The notes below the pieces were generated by a model that saw nothing but the letters and a program-made list of their open reading frames with translations, had not been told where the DNA came from and ran no database searches. Below, piece by piece: positions 1 through 9,200 of a stretch of 64,000 bases of DNA. Within the stretch, counting starts at the first letter, position 1. Every line of letters begins with the position of its first letter. This DNA comes from Prevotella sp. (GTDB lineage Bacteria; Bacteroidota; Bacteroidia; Bacteroidales; Bacteroidaceae), in assembly GCA_017524385.1 (NCBI GenBank), contig JAFWSS010000005.1, forward strand, positions 10,195-74,194, written 5' to 3'. The translations under genes and the position numbers were made by a program.

Positions 1-230
1 CAGTTTCCAATTTCGAAAGTTACCAAGCCAACCGTCTGAAATGCCGCTTCCGCCGTGCCGATAGCAAGAAGATCGAACTCTGTCACACCCTCAATGGTTC
101 CGCACTTGCCCTCCCGCGCATCGTGGCCGCCATCCTGGAGAACAACCAGACCCCCGATGGCATCCGCGTACCGAAGGTGCTCGTCCCCTATTGCGGCTTC
201 GAAATGCTCGACGACAACAATTTTGAATAA
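1..230 (+). CDS. serS: Seryl-tRNA synthetase, C-terminal fragment (runs off the window start)
   Basis: Frame from nt 3 reads [18 protein letters not shown]...[36 protein letters not shown], stop TAA 228-230. HTLNGS...R..AILEN.Q is SerRS motif 3. Confidence 0.95.
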   Translation, partial: VSNFESYQANRLKCRFRRADSKKIELCHTLNGSALALPRIVAAILENNQTPDGIRVPKVLVPYCGFEMLDDNNFE

Positions 231-293
231 AAGCAACCTAAAGTCTTCAGGGGTCCATAGTTCCCAACAGAAATCATAACACCATCCATCATA

Positions 294-2642
294 ATGAACA
301 AAATCATCAAGAAAGAGCAATTCTCCGAGAAAGTGTTTCTCTTTGAGATAGAAGCTCCACTTATTGCAAAAAGTCGCAAAGCCGGCAATTTCGTCATTGT
401 CCGCGTTGGTAAGAAAGGCGAGCGCATGCCTCTCACCATAGCCGATGCAGACATCAACAGAGGCACCATCACACTCGTCGTGCAAAAGGTGGGCCTCTCC
501 TCCATCAAATTGTGCAACCTCAACGAGGGAGACTATGTGACCGACGTGGTGGGGCCCCTGGGCAATCCCACACACATCGAGAACTATGGCACGGTGATAT
601 GTGCCGGCGGTGGTGTCGGCGTAGCCCCGATGCTTCCCATCATCCGCGCATTGAAAGCCGCTGGCAACCGCGTGCTCAGCGTTCTCGCCGGCCGAAGCAA
701 AGACCTCATCATCCTTGAGGACGCCGTCAGGGCCAGCAGCGACGAAACCATCATCATGACCGACGACGGCAGTTATGGTGAGAAAGGTGTTGTCACCATC
801 GGCATTGAGAAACTCATCAACCAAGAGCATATCGACAAAGTGTTCGCCATCGGTCCTCCCATCATGATGAAATTCTCCTGCCTTCTCACCCAAAAATACA
901 ACATCCCCACCGATGTCTCGCTCAACACCATCATGGTAGACGGCACAGGCATGTGTGGCGCTTGCCGTCTGACCATCGGAGGCAAGACCAAGTTCGTGTG
1001 CATTGACGGTCCAGAGTTCGACGGCAGTCTGGTTGACTGGGACGAGATGTTCAAGCGCATGGGCACCTTCAAACGTGCTGAGCAGGAAGAGTTGGAGCAT
1101 TTCGAAGAACATATGGGCAATTCAGAAGAGGCCGTAGTGGTGGAAAGCACCGACGTGGTGATGGACGACGACCCCACCAACGACACCATAGAGATTCTCA
1201 CCGACAGGAACGCCGAGTGGAGACAGGCATTGCGCAAGCAGATGAAACCGAAAGAGCGCACTGCCATACCAAGGGTGAAGATGCCGGAACTCGATCCCGT
1301 CTATCGCGCCACCACACGTCTCGAGGAAGTGAACATCGGACTTACCAAGGAGATGGCTCTCACCGAGGCAAAACGCTGTCTCGACTGCGCCAAGCCCACT
1401 TGCGTGGAAGGCTGTCCCGTTGGCGTGAACATCCCCTCCTTCGTGAAGAACATCGAGCGCGGGCAATTCCTCGCCGCCGCCAAAGTGTTGAAAGACACCT
1501 CTGCCCTACCCGCCGTTTGCGGTCGCGTCTGCCCTCAAGAGAAGCAGTGCGAGGCCAGGTGCATCCACTTGAAGATGAACGAACCCGCCGTCGCCATAGG
1601 CTACCTGGAGCGTTTCGCGGCCGACTTCGAGCGTGAGAGCGGAAACATGAGCATCCCCGACATCGCCCCCTCCAACGGCATCAAGATCGCCGTTGTCGGT
1701 TCTGGCCCGGCAGGTCTGAGTTTTGCTGGCGACATGGTGAAACTAGGCTATGACGTGTATGTGTTCGAGGCGCTCCACGAGATTGGCGGTGTGTTGAAAT
1801 ACGGCATCCCTGAATTCCGTCTTCCCAACCATATCGTCGATGTGGAAATCGACAACCTGCGCAAAATGGGCGTGCATTTCCAGACCGACTGCATCGTTGG
1901 CAAGACCATCAGCATCCAAGAGTTGGAGGCCGACGGTTTCAAAGGCATATTTGTAGGTTCCGGCGCCGGACTACCCAATTTCATGGGTATCCCCGGCGAA
2001 AACCTCATCAACATCATGTCTTCCAACGAATACTTGACCCGCGTCAACCTTATGGACGCCGCCAACCCCACCACCGACACTCCCATCAACCCCGCGAAGA
2101 ACGTCATGGTGGTAGGTGGTGGAAACACCGCCATGGACTCGGTGCGCACCGCCAAACGCCTCGGCGCCCAAGTGACGCTGGTCTATCGTCGCAGCGAGGC
2201 CGAGATGCCCGCACGTCTGGAAGAGGTGAAACACGCCAAGGAAGAAGGTATCGACTTCCTCACGTTGCACAACCCCATCGCCTACATCGGCGACGAGAAC
2301 GGTGCCGTAAAGCAAGCCGTATTGGAAGTGATGCGCCTGGGCGAGCCCGACGCCAGTGGCCGACGCCGCCCTGAACCAACAGGTGAGCAGAAGACCATCG
2401 ACGTAGACCAGGTGATCGTTGCCATCGGCGTATCTCCCAACCCCCTTGTGCCCAAGAGCGTTGAGGGTTTGGAACTTGGCAGAAAAAACACCATCGTGGT
2501 AGATGAGCATATGCAATCGTCAAGGCCCGGCCTGTTCGCTGGAGGCGACATCGTGCGTGGCGGTGCTACTGTCATCCTCGCCATGGGTGACGGCCGTGCA
2601 GCGGCAGCTAACATGCACGAACAACTGAGCAACAAGGAATGA
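294..2642 (+). CDS. nfnAB: Fused NfnA-NfnB electron-bifurcating transhydrogenase (often annotated DHOD-B electron-transfer subunit / glutamate synthase small-chain fusion)
   Basis: N-half: FAD/NAD-binding GGGVG and 2Fe-2S motif MVDGTGMCGACR...C. C-half: RCLDC...CVEGCPV, CGRVCPQEKQCE, GSGPAG, GGGNTAMD, GGDIVRGGATVILAMGDG. Confidence 0.88.
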   Translation: MNKIIKKEQFSEKVFLFEIEAPLIAKSRKAGNFVIVRVGKKGERMPLTIADADINRGTITLVVQKVGLSSIKLCNLNEGDYVTDVVGPLGNPTHIENYGTVICAGGGVGVAPMLPIIRALKAAGNRVLSVLAGRSKDLIILEDAVRASSDETIIMTDDGSYGEKGVVTIGIEKLINQEHIDKVFAIGPPIMMKFSCLLTQKYNIPTDVSLNTIMVDGTGMCGACRLTIGGKTKFVCIDGPEFDGSLVDWDEMFKRMGTFKRAEQEELEHFEEHMGNSEEAVVVESTDVVMDDDPTNDTIEILTDRNAEWRQALRKQMKPKERTAIPRVKMPELDPVYRATTRLEEVNIGLTKEMALTEAKRCLDCAKPTCVEGCPVGVNIPSFVKNIERGQFLAAAKVLKDTSALPAVCGRVCPQEKQCEARCIHLKMNEPAVAIGYLERFAADFERESGNMSIPDIAPSNGIKIAVVGSGPAGLSFAGDMVKLGYDVYVFEALHEIGGVLKYGIPEFRLPNHIVDVEIDNLRKMGVHFQTDCIVGKTISIQELEADGFKGIFVGSGAGLPNFMGIPGENLINIMSSNEYLTRVNLMDAANPTTDTPINPAKNVMVVGGGNTAMDSVRTAKRLGAQVTLVYRRSEAEMPARLEEVKHAKEEGIDFLTLHNPIAYIGDENGAVKQAVLEVMRLGEPDASGRRRPEPTGEQKTIDVDQVIVAIGVSPNPLVPKSVEGLELGRKNTIVVDEHMQSSRPGLFAGGDIVRGGATVILAMGDGRAAAANMHEQLSNKE

Positions 2643-3007
2643 ACGGCCTTTACACCATCATACTGCTCATCACCAGCAACGTGTTCATGACACTCGCCTG
2701 GTATGGGCATCTGAGACTTCAGCAATCAGGAGCCAGCAAAGACTGGCCCCTGATTGCTATCATCGGCTTCTCATGGGGCATCGCCTTTTTTGAATATTGC
2801 TGCCAAGTGCCCGCCAACCGTTTGGGGTTCAACGGCAACGGAGGGCCATTCAATTTGGTGCAACTCAAAGTGTTGCAAGAATGCATCAGCATCATCGTGT
2901 TTGCCATCCTTGCCAACATCATGTTCCAGGGCCAGCATCTCAATTGGAACCACTTCCTCGCCTTCTTGCTCATCATCTGCGCTGTCTATCTGGTTTTTAT
3001 GGAATGA
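2639..3007 (+). CDS. DMT-superfamily small membrane protein (DUF486-like)
   Basis: SNVFMTLAWYGHL, SWGIAFFEY, QVPANR, QLKVLQE motifs; four hydrophobic segments; ATGA overlap with the upstream gene. Confidence 0.85.
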   Translation: MNGLYTIILLITSNVFMTLAWYGHLRLQQSGASKDWPLIAIIGFSWGIAFFEYCCQVPANRLGFNGNGGPFNLVQLKVLQECISIIVFAILANIMFQGQHLNWNHFLAFLLIICAVYLVFME

Positions 3008-3010
3008 CCC

Positions 3011-3745
3011 ATGTCGAAACCCAATGAAAACCAGCAACTTGAAAAACGGTTGAAGGAACGGTTGGTGAAGGCGATGGCCACATACAGCCTCATTGCCGAC
3101 AACGACCGCATCCTCGTAGGGCTGTCTGGAGGTAAAGACTCCTTATGCCTGTTGGAACTGCTAGCCCAAAGGCAGAAGATACAGCATCCACGTTTTGAGT
3201 TGGAAGCCATCCACGTCAGGATGGACAACATCGAATACGAAAGCGACATCTCCTACCTGGAATCTTTCGCTCAATCCTTGGGAGTCCCCTTGCATGTCAA
3301 GACAACACGGTTCGACCCGTCAACCGACACGCGCCGCTCACCTTGTTTCCTCTGCAGCTGGTATCGAAGGAAAGTGCTTTTCAATGTTGCACAGGAACTG
3401 GGTTGCAACAAGATTGCTCTCGGCCACCATCAGGACGACATCCTCCAAACCACGCTGATGGGGCTGTTCTACCAAGGACAGTTCGGTTCCATGCCTGCCC
3501 TTCTCAAAATGAGGAAGATGCCACTCTCCATCATCCGGCCATTATGTCTGGAAAAAGAGGAAGACCTACAAGCCTTCGCACAGATGAGAGGATACCAGAA
3601 ACAAGTGAAGCATTGTCCCTACGAGAATGCCTCCCACCGCCATGAAATCAAGAAACTACTTGATCAAATAGAGAAAATGAACCCCGAAGCCCGCTCCTGC
3701 ATATGGCGTGCACTCAACAAAGAAGGGAAATTGACAGAACAATAA
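3011..3745 (+). CDS. ttcA: tRNA 2-thiocytidine biosynthesis TtcA-family PP-loop protein
   Basis: SGGKDS PP-loop, PCFLC, LGHHQDD, IIRPL. Confidence 0.88.
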   Translation: MSKPNENQQLEKRLKERLVKAMATYSLIADNDRILVGLSGGKDSLCLLELLAQRQKIQHPRFELEAIHVRMDNIEYESDISYLESFAQSLGVPLHVKTTRFDPSTDTRRSPCFLCSWYRRKVLFNVAQELGCNKIALGHHQDDILQTTLMGLFYQGQFGSMPALLKMRKMPLSIIRPLCLEKEEDLQAFAQMRGYQKQVKHCPYENASHRHEIKKLLDQIEKMNPEARSCIWRALNKEGKLTEQ

Positions 3746-3773
3746 CTTACTAACTCCATTAATCCTACAACCT

Positions 3774-6566
3774 ATGGACGACAAGTCACTATTCTTACAA
3801 CATTTCACACGAAACAAAGCTGTCACCATCACCTCCAAGAGCAAAAGGCCCGACAGCATCTTCTTCATGATCTGCTTCAACGACCAAGGCCATGCTTTCC
3901 TGAAAGTGGTGGATAAAAACGGCAAGGAGGTTGAAACGGACTACCGCCTCTATACTGACAGCAATTTCAACGTCCTTCGTTCCATCGAAAGAGCAAAGGA
4001 AGACATCCAAGAGAAAATCGTATGGGGAACAGAGCAAAAACGCGTATATCTACACGAATACCGTTGGTTGCTCTATGAACTGATGCGCTGTGACAACATC
4101 GTAGATGAAAAGATGCAAAAGGTCACTGTTTCGGAAGAGACGTTGCAGGTGCGACTGGTCATAGAAAAGACTGGCAAGGGCCAGTGCTCCACCCATGCCG
4201 ACGTGGTGGGCGAGAGCTGCGGCGTCCAGCAATTCAAACTCCTTTCCGACAGCCATGTGTTGGCCTCCAACACCATCCACCCCATCCACCCCATCGGCGA
4301 CAATTTCGCTTCCTTGGGGTTCTTCCTCATCCATTTCCCCGAAGCATGGTTGGAATCGTTCCTCTCGGTCTTCTACTCCTATATGGAGAACATCGTGCCG
4401 GTGATGGATGACTACAAACTGGTGGTCGCCGACCATCCCATAGAGACCGTGCCCACCATCATCTTCGAGAAGGTGGATGAAGACATGTCGCTCTATCTCC
4501 GTCTGGTGCAAGGCATCGAGGGATTGGATTATGACTTCGTGCAACGCTTCGACCTCGTGTATGTGGCGCGGCTGACCATGGAGCATCAGATTCTGTTGCA
4601 GCGCATCACCCATCACGACAACTTGGAGCAAATCAACAACCTTTATAAGAAAATCATCCATTTCGCCCCTTCGAAAGGCAAGAAAGACGTCTATCAAGAA
4701 GGCGACTTGTTCATCATCCCAGAAGAGACAGCAGGTCCTTTCCTCGTGGGGTCGCTCCCCGATCTTGTGCGCGAATACCGTCTGGTGGGTTCCGATGAGT
4801 TGCGCAAATACAAGGTGCGCACCGCCATGCCCAAACTGAAGATGAACATCGGTTCCGGCATAGACTTCCTTGAAGGACCCGCCAGCATCACCATCGACGA
4901 AGAAGAGTTCTCCTTGCGCAAATTCATCGCACAATACAAGAAGAACAAATACATCACGTTGGCCGACGGCAACCGTGCCATCATCGATGAAGGATACATG
5001 CGGCGGCTCGAACGCATCTACAAGCACGGCGCGAATAAAGACGGCACCCTGCGCATCTCCTTCTTCGACCTCCCGGAAGTGGAGGAACTTATGCAGCAGC
5101 GTATGGAAGGAGCTGCGTTCAAGCACCACAGGGAGGTGTTCGAAGGATTCAATCACCTGAAGGAACAAAAGATGAAATTCCCCCAAGTGAACGCCACGCT
5201 CCGCTCTTACCAGGCTGACGGCGTGAAATGGATCAACTACCTCCACGAGCATTCACTTGGTGGATGCCTGGCCGACGACATGGGCTTGGGAAAGACCCTC
5301 CAAACCATTGCCATGCTGGCACGCATCTATCCCAAGACAAAGACACCGTCGATCATCGTGATGCCAAGAACGCTACTCTTCAACTGGCAGGATGAATTGA
5401 AGAAATTCGCCCCACAGTTGACCTTCAGCATCTACTATGGCAATCAACGCAACCTGGACGAAGCACTGAAAAGCCAGTTGCTTCTCACCACCTATGCTTT
5501 GGTTCGCAACGACATTGAAGTGCTCTGCAAAAAGAAATTCCACTACATCATCCTTGACGAAAGCCAAAACATCAAGAACGTCGGTTCGCAAACCACCCAG
5601 GCCATCATGCTCCTACAAGGCAAGCACAGGTTGGCACTGAGCGGCACACCCATCGAGAACAACCTCACCGAATTATACTCACTTTTCCGATTCCTAAACC
5701 CAGCCATGTTCGGACAGTTGGAAGATTTCAACAAGGAATACACCAACCCCATTCAGCAGCAAGGTGACAAAGTCGTCATGGCAGCACTGAGACGAAAAAT
5801 CTACCCCTTCTTGTTAAGGCGTTTGAAAAAAGACGTGCTCAAGGAGCTGCCCGACCGTACGGAGCAGATGCTATACTGTGAGATGTCGCCCGAACAACAA
5901 CGTTTCTATGAAGAGCGCCGACGATATTACCAAGGTGTCGTGCGCTCAGAGATTCACGACAAGGGAATCGCCAAGAGCCAGTTTGTGATGTTCCAAGCAC
6001 TCAGTGAGTTGAGACGCATAGCCTCCGTGCCGGAAAGCCTCAGCGACGGCCAAGTGACATCGCCCAAGATAGAACTGTTGATGGAGAATGTGCTCGACGC
6101 TGTGGGCAACGGGCATAAAGTGGTGGTGTTCTTCAATTTCATCGCCGGTATCGAACTGGTGAGCGAGCGCTTAGACCATGAAGGCATCTACTTTGTAACC
6201 ATGACTGGTTCCACGAGAGACCGACGTAGCGTTGTTGAGCGTTTCCAAAACGACACCTCCTGCCATGTGATGCTCATGACGCTGAAGACAGGAGGCGTAG
6301 GACTGAACCTCACCGTGGCCGACACCGTGTTCATCTTCGAGCCTTGGTGGAACAAAGCCGCTGAGGAGCAAGCCATCAACAGACTGCACCGAATCGGGCA
6401 GAAACAAAAAGTGATGAGTTACTCCATCATCACTCGCGACACCATAGAAGAGAAAATCCAGCTTTTGCAACAACAAAAGGCCGAACTCTTCAACGGTCTC
6501 ATAGGAAGCGACTCGTCATCTACCAAGGTTCTTACTGAAGAAGACATTGAATTCATCTTAAGTTGA
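3774..6566 (+). CDS. SNF2-family SF2 ATPase/helicase
   Basis: LRSYQ, LADDMGLGKT (Walker A), DESQ, LSGTPIEN, GGVGLNLT, FEPWWN...QAINRLHRIGQ. Confidence 0.93.
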   Translation: MDDKSLFLQHFTRNKAVTITSKSKRPDSIFFMICFNDQGHAFLKVVDKNGKEVETDYRLYTDSNFNVLRSIERAKEDIQEKIVWGTEQKRVYLHEYRWLLYELMRCDNIVDEKMQKVTVSEETLQVRLVIEKTGKGQCSTHADVVGESCGVQQFKLLSDSHVLASNTIHPIHPIGDNFASLGFFLIHFPEAWLESFLSVFYSYMENIVPVMDDYKLVVADHPIETVPTIIFEKVDEDMSLYLRLVQGIEGLDYDFVQRFDLVYVARLTMEHQILLQRITHHDNLEQINNLYKKIIHFAPSKGKKDVYQEGDLFIIPEETAGPFLVGSLPDLVREYRLVGSDELRKYKVRTAMPKLKMNIGSGIDFLEGPASITIDEEEFSLRKFIAQYKKNKYITLADGNRAIIDEGYMRRLERIYKHGANKDGTLRISFFDLPEVEELMQQRMEGAAFKHHREVFEGFNHLKEQKMKFPQVNATLRSYQADGVKWINYLHEHSLGGCLADDMGLGKTLQTIAMLARIYPKTKTPSIIVMPRTLLFNWQDELKKFAPQLTFSIYYGNQRNLDEALKSQLLLTTYALVRNDIEVLCKKKFHYIILDESQNIKNVGSQTTQAIMLLQGKHRLALSGTPIENNLTELYSLFRFLNPAMFGQLEDFNKEYTNPIQQQGDKVVMAALRRKIYPFLLRRLKKDVLKELPDRTEQMLYCEMSPEQQRFYEERRRYYQGVVRSEIHDKGIAKSQFVMFQALSELRRIASVPESLSDGQVTSPKIELLMENVLDAVGNGHKVVVFFNFIAGIELVSERLDHEGIYFVTMTGSTRDRRSVVERFQNDTSCHVMLMTLKTGGVGLNLTVADTVFIFEPWWNKAAEEQAINRLHRIGQKQKVMSYSIITRDTIEEKIQLLQQQKAELFNGLIGSDSSSTKVLTEEDIEFILS

Positions 6567-6574
6567 AACCCACC

Positions 6575-8392
6575 ATGCCAAACATCGACTTATACATTCC
6601 TGATACCAAGAAGTTCCAATCCTTGCGGGAACAATTGGAATACCACAACAACAAAGATACTTTGCAAGAAGTGGCTGAAATCTTTCTCAAAGCCTTTGGG
6701 CAAAAACCCATTGTGTTTTGGAAAGACGAGAAACTCGCTCCTACGCCGACATATGTCAACAGCCTGTTGAGTTCAAAAAACCAAATCAAGTTGGTCTACA
6801 CCCAATTTTGTGCCATGATGCTTTGCGAGAAGCGCAATATGGGAACCTTCTTCTCATTGCTGCCTGAAAAGCAGACCAAGGCTTTGAAAGACTTGTTGTT
6901 GCGCCATTACATCCCCATGACTGATATGGAAGTGAAATACGGCATCCCTCTCAAGCAAAACAACAACAGGTATGGATGGAGGAACAGGGACTTGCTCGAC
7001 CTGCCGTTCATCGACTACATCTATTCTGGCTACGACTCTGATTGGAACTACACCTATAACATCTGCATCCAAGAGGGATTGCGAGAATTCATCTACGAAG
7101 CTTTGCTGCCGGGAATGAGCCAATTGGAAGTTTGCGAGGAACTTCCCAAAGCCATACACACCCATGACAACGAACTTTCCTCACTCCAGATACTACCCGT
7201 GGTGGAGGCTTTGTTGGAACGTGACATCTTGGAGTTCAACGGCGCACGTTTCACTGCCGCATCCGTCAAGAAAGCAGCCAAGCAACTCGGAGCGAAAGAG
7301 TTTTTCACCAATAACCTCCTACCCAAGGAATTGACGCAGATACGCAACTCCTTCTTGCTGCAAACTGCAGGGTTTGTAAACAAGTTGACCAAAAAGGTGA
7401 AAAAACCGGACGCACCGGAAGATGCCATCAAGCATTATGTTCGCAAGATGCTGCCACTCACCACACAGACCTATCCCATGGTGATGAATTACATCACAGG
7501 GCTGCGACCAAACCATTATTACAACTGTTACGGTGCCTCTCTCATCCAACAAACCATCTCCATTCTCATGGAATTGCCTTCCGACAAATGGGTTTCAGTC
7601 GATTCCTTCATCCGTCACGCCTTTGAAAGCAACCATCATTACAGCCATCTCGCCTTCTTCTATCGTTCCAATTCCTCGACAACAATCAACAACAAGTTTG
7701 CGAGAACCGAGCACGTGATTGACTATTTCAACCAAATCAACGAGATGGGCAAGCCATATGTGAAAGGCTTGTTGTTCCTTTTCGCCTCATGGGGAATCCT
7801 TGAGGCTGGCTGCAGGGATTACAGCAAAGATGATGTCAGTCCTTATGACAGCATCCTCTACATCCGTCGCACCCGCCTTGGAGAATATGTCTTCGACATC
7901 TCTCCCACATACCAGGCACCGATTTTGGATATCGAGGAGGTGCTCTTCGAACTCGACCCGGAACGCCTGATCATCCGTTCTCTCCCAAAGGACAACCCCT
8001 ACGAAAGCCTCCTCACAGACACGTGCACCTCTATTGGCAACCGACGATACAAGATGAACGCCGAAACCTTCCTCGCACATTGCAAGAGTAGAAGAGACGT
8101 CGAACAGAAAATCGACTTCTTCAAGCGATACATCAGCGGTGAACTCAGCCCTCTATGGCAAGAGTTTTTCGACAGCCTGCTCAAGCGATGCAAGCCGCTC
8201 ACTCCTATGGAATTAAGCAAATACCACCTCTACAGCATTTCGCCCGACAACAAAGTCCTTGTCAGGCTTTTGGCCTCGGACCCCATACTGCAAAAACTCA
8301 TCATCAGGGCTGAAAACTACATCATCCTAGTGACGAATGCCAACCACACCAAATTTGAGAATAGACTGAAAAGTTTGGGATACCTTATTTAA
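6575..8392 (+). CDS. Hypothetical protein; C-terminus resembles the XPB/Ssl2-associated (Helicase_C_3-like) domain
   Basis: Long ORF (TTG 6563 or ATG 6575) immediately after the SNF2 stop. C-terminal pattern YKMNAETFL...IDFFKRYISGELSPLWQEFF resembles that domain by eye. Confidence 0.55.
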   Translation: MPNIDLYIPDTKKFQSLREQLEYHNNKDTLQEVAEIFLKAFGQKPIVFWKDEKLAPTPTYVNSLLSSKNQIKLVYTQFCAMMLCEKRNMGTFFSLLPEKQTKALKDLLLRHYIPMTDMEVKYGIPLKQNNNRYGWRNRDLLDLPFIDYIYSGYDSDWNYTYNICIQEGLREFIYEALLPGMSQLEVCEELPKAIHTHDNELSSLQILPVVEALLERDILEFNGARFTAASVKKAAKQLGAKEFFTNNLLPKELTQIRNSFLLQTAGFVNKLTKKVKKPDAPEDAIKHYVRKMLPLTTQTYPMVMNYITGLRPNHYYNCYGASLIQQTISILMELPSDKWVSVDSFIRHAFESNHHYSHLAFFYRSNSSTTINNKFARTEHVIDYFNQINEMGKPYVKGLLFLFASWGILEAGCRDYSKDDVSPYDSILYIRRTRLGEYVFDISPTYQAPILDIEEVLFELDPERLIIRSLPKDNPYESLLTDTCTSIGNRRYKMNAETFLAHCKSRRDVEQKIDFFKRYISGELSPLWQEFFDSLLKRCKPLTPMELSKYHLYSISPDNKVLVRLLASDPILQKLIIRAENYIILVTNANHTKFENRLKSLGYLI

Positions 8393-8508
8393 TGGAATGG
8401 ATCCTACCCTACGGGCCTTTCATAAGACATCATGAAAAGAGTATTGGCAAAAACATAAAAAAAACAAAAATATGAGCCATTGATGGTGTCAGATAGGAAT
8501 TTATTTAC

Positions 8509-8516
8509 TATTTTTG
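8509..8516 (+). promoter_or_regulatory. Bacteroidetes housekeeping promoter -7 box
   Basis: TATTTTTG matches TAnnTTTG, about 30 nt upstream of ATG 8548. Confidence 0.6.
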
Positions 8517-8547
8517 CAACAGTGTATAACCTATAAAAACATTTGAT

Positions 8548-9027
8548 ATGAAAACAAGAGCATTATTCATCATGTTGCTTGCCTCCCTGTTCTTCAACAT
8601 CAGTGCAAGGGCTCAAAGCAATGTGGAAACCGGTGTCATTCCGCAAGGAGAGTTGACGCCCGAGCAACAGGCTGCACGTGAAGCCCAAATGAAAGAAGCA
8701 CAACGCGAGAAAGAAAAAGCTGCCCAATTGCAGAAAGAGGCTGATAAAAGAGAAAAAGAGGCCAAAAAAGCTGAAAAAGAAGCAGAGAAGCGAGAAAAGC
8801 AAGCCAAGAAAGCACAAAAAGAGCAAGAGAAGGCTGCCAAAGAAGCTAAGAAAGAGCAAAAGAGATTAGAGAAACAAGCCAAGGCTGCTGAAAAAGAAGC
8901 CAAGAGGCAAGAGAAAGAAGCGAAGAAGAAAGAAAAACTGATGAAGAAGGCTGAAAAAGCCGAAAAACAAAAAATCAAAGCTGAAAAGAAACACGCCAAA
9001 GCGGTGAGAGACCTTAACAATATGTGA
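8548..9027 (+). CDS. Exported E/K/A-rich low-complexity helical protein
   Basis: Signal peptide MKTRALFIMLLASLFFNISARA, then KKAEKEAEKREKQAKK-type repeats. Confidence 0.75.
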   Translation: MKTRALFIMLLASLFFNISARAQSNVETGVIPQGELTPEQQAAREAQMKEAQREKEKAAQLQKEADKREKEAKKAEKEAEKREKQAKKAQKEQEKAAKEAKKEQKRLEKQAKAAEKEAKRQEKEAKKKEKLMKKAEKAEKQKIKAEKKHAKAVRDLNNM

Positions 9028-9034
9028 TCTTGTT

Positions 9035-9082
9035 GAGAAGTTAGAAAAGTTAAAGAAGTTACCGCTTCGTTGGAAGTTAAAG
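9035..9082 (+). repeat. Degenerate 9-bp tandem repeat (RARAAGTTA x3 plus one further AAGTTA copy)
   Basis: gagaagtta gaaaagtta aagaagtta at 9035-9061; ggaagttaaag at 9072-9082. Confidence 0.5.
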
Positions 9083-9160
9083 ACAATAGTTCGCGAGCTA
9101 TGATGCAAACGAAAAAACTGATGTCAATAACTTCATTGAATTGCTTGCTTCGAATATATG

Positions 9161-9200
9161 ACAGAAGGTTGAAAATTGGATTTTCAACCTTCTGTTTTTT
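9161..9200 (+). terminator. Rho-independent terminator between convergent genes
   Basis: 16-bp stem acagaaggttgaaaat / attttcaaccttctgt followed by a T-run. Confidence 0.85.

Noticed and set aside
4273-4295. 9-bp repeat ccatccacc x2.5 (IHPIHPI) in the SNF2 gene
   Set aside because: Short and in frame, so it is not a plausible phase-variation tract.
4050-5252. 400-aa antisense ORF, and similar long antisense ORFs (e.g. 15344-16126, 33574-34401, 46998-47879, 50252-51115, 62992-63762)
   Set aside because: They lie wholly opposite well-supported genes and have no recognisable motifs. They are best explained as shadow ORFs produced by codon bias.
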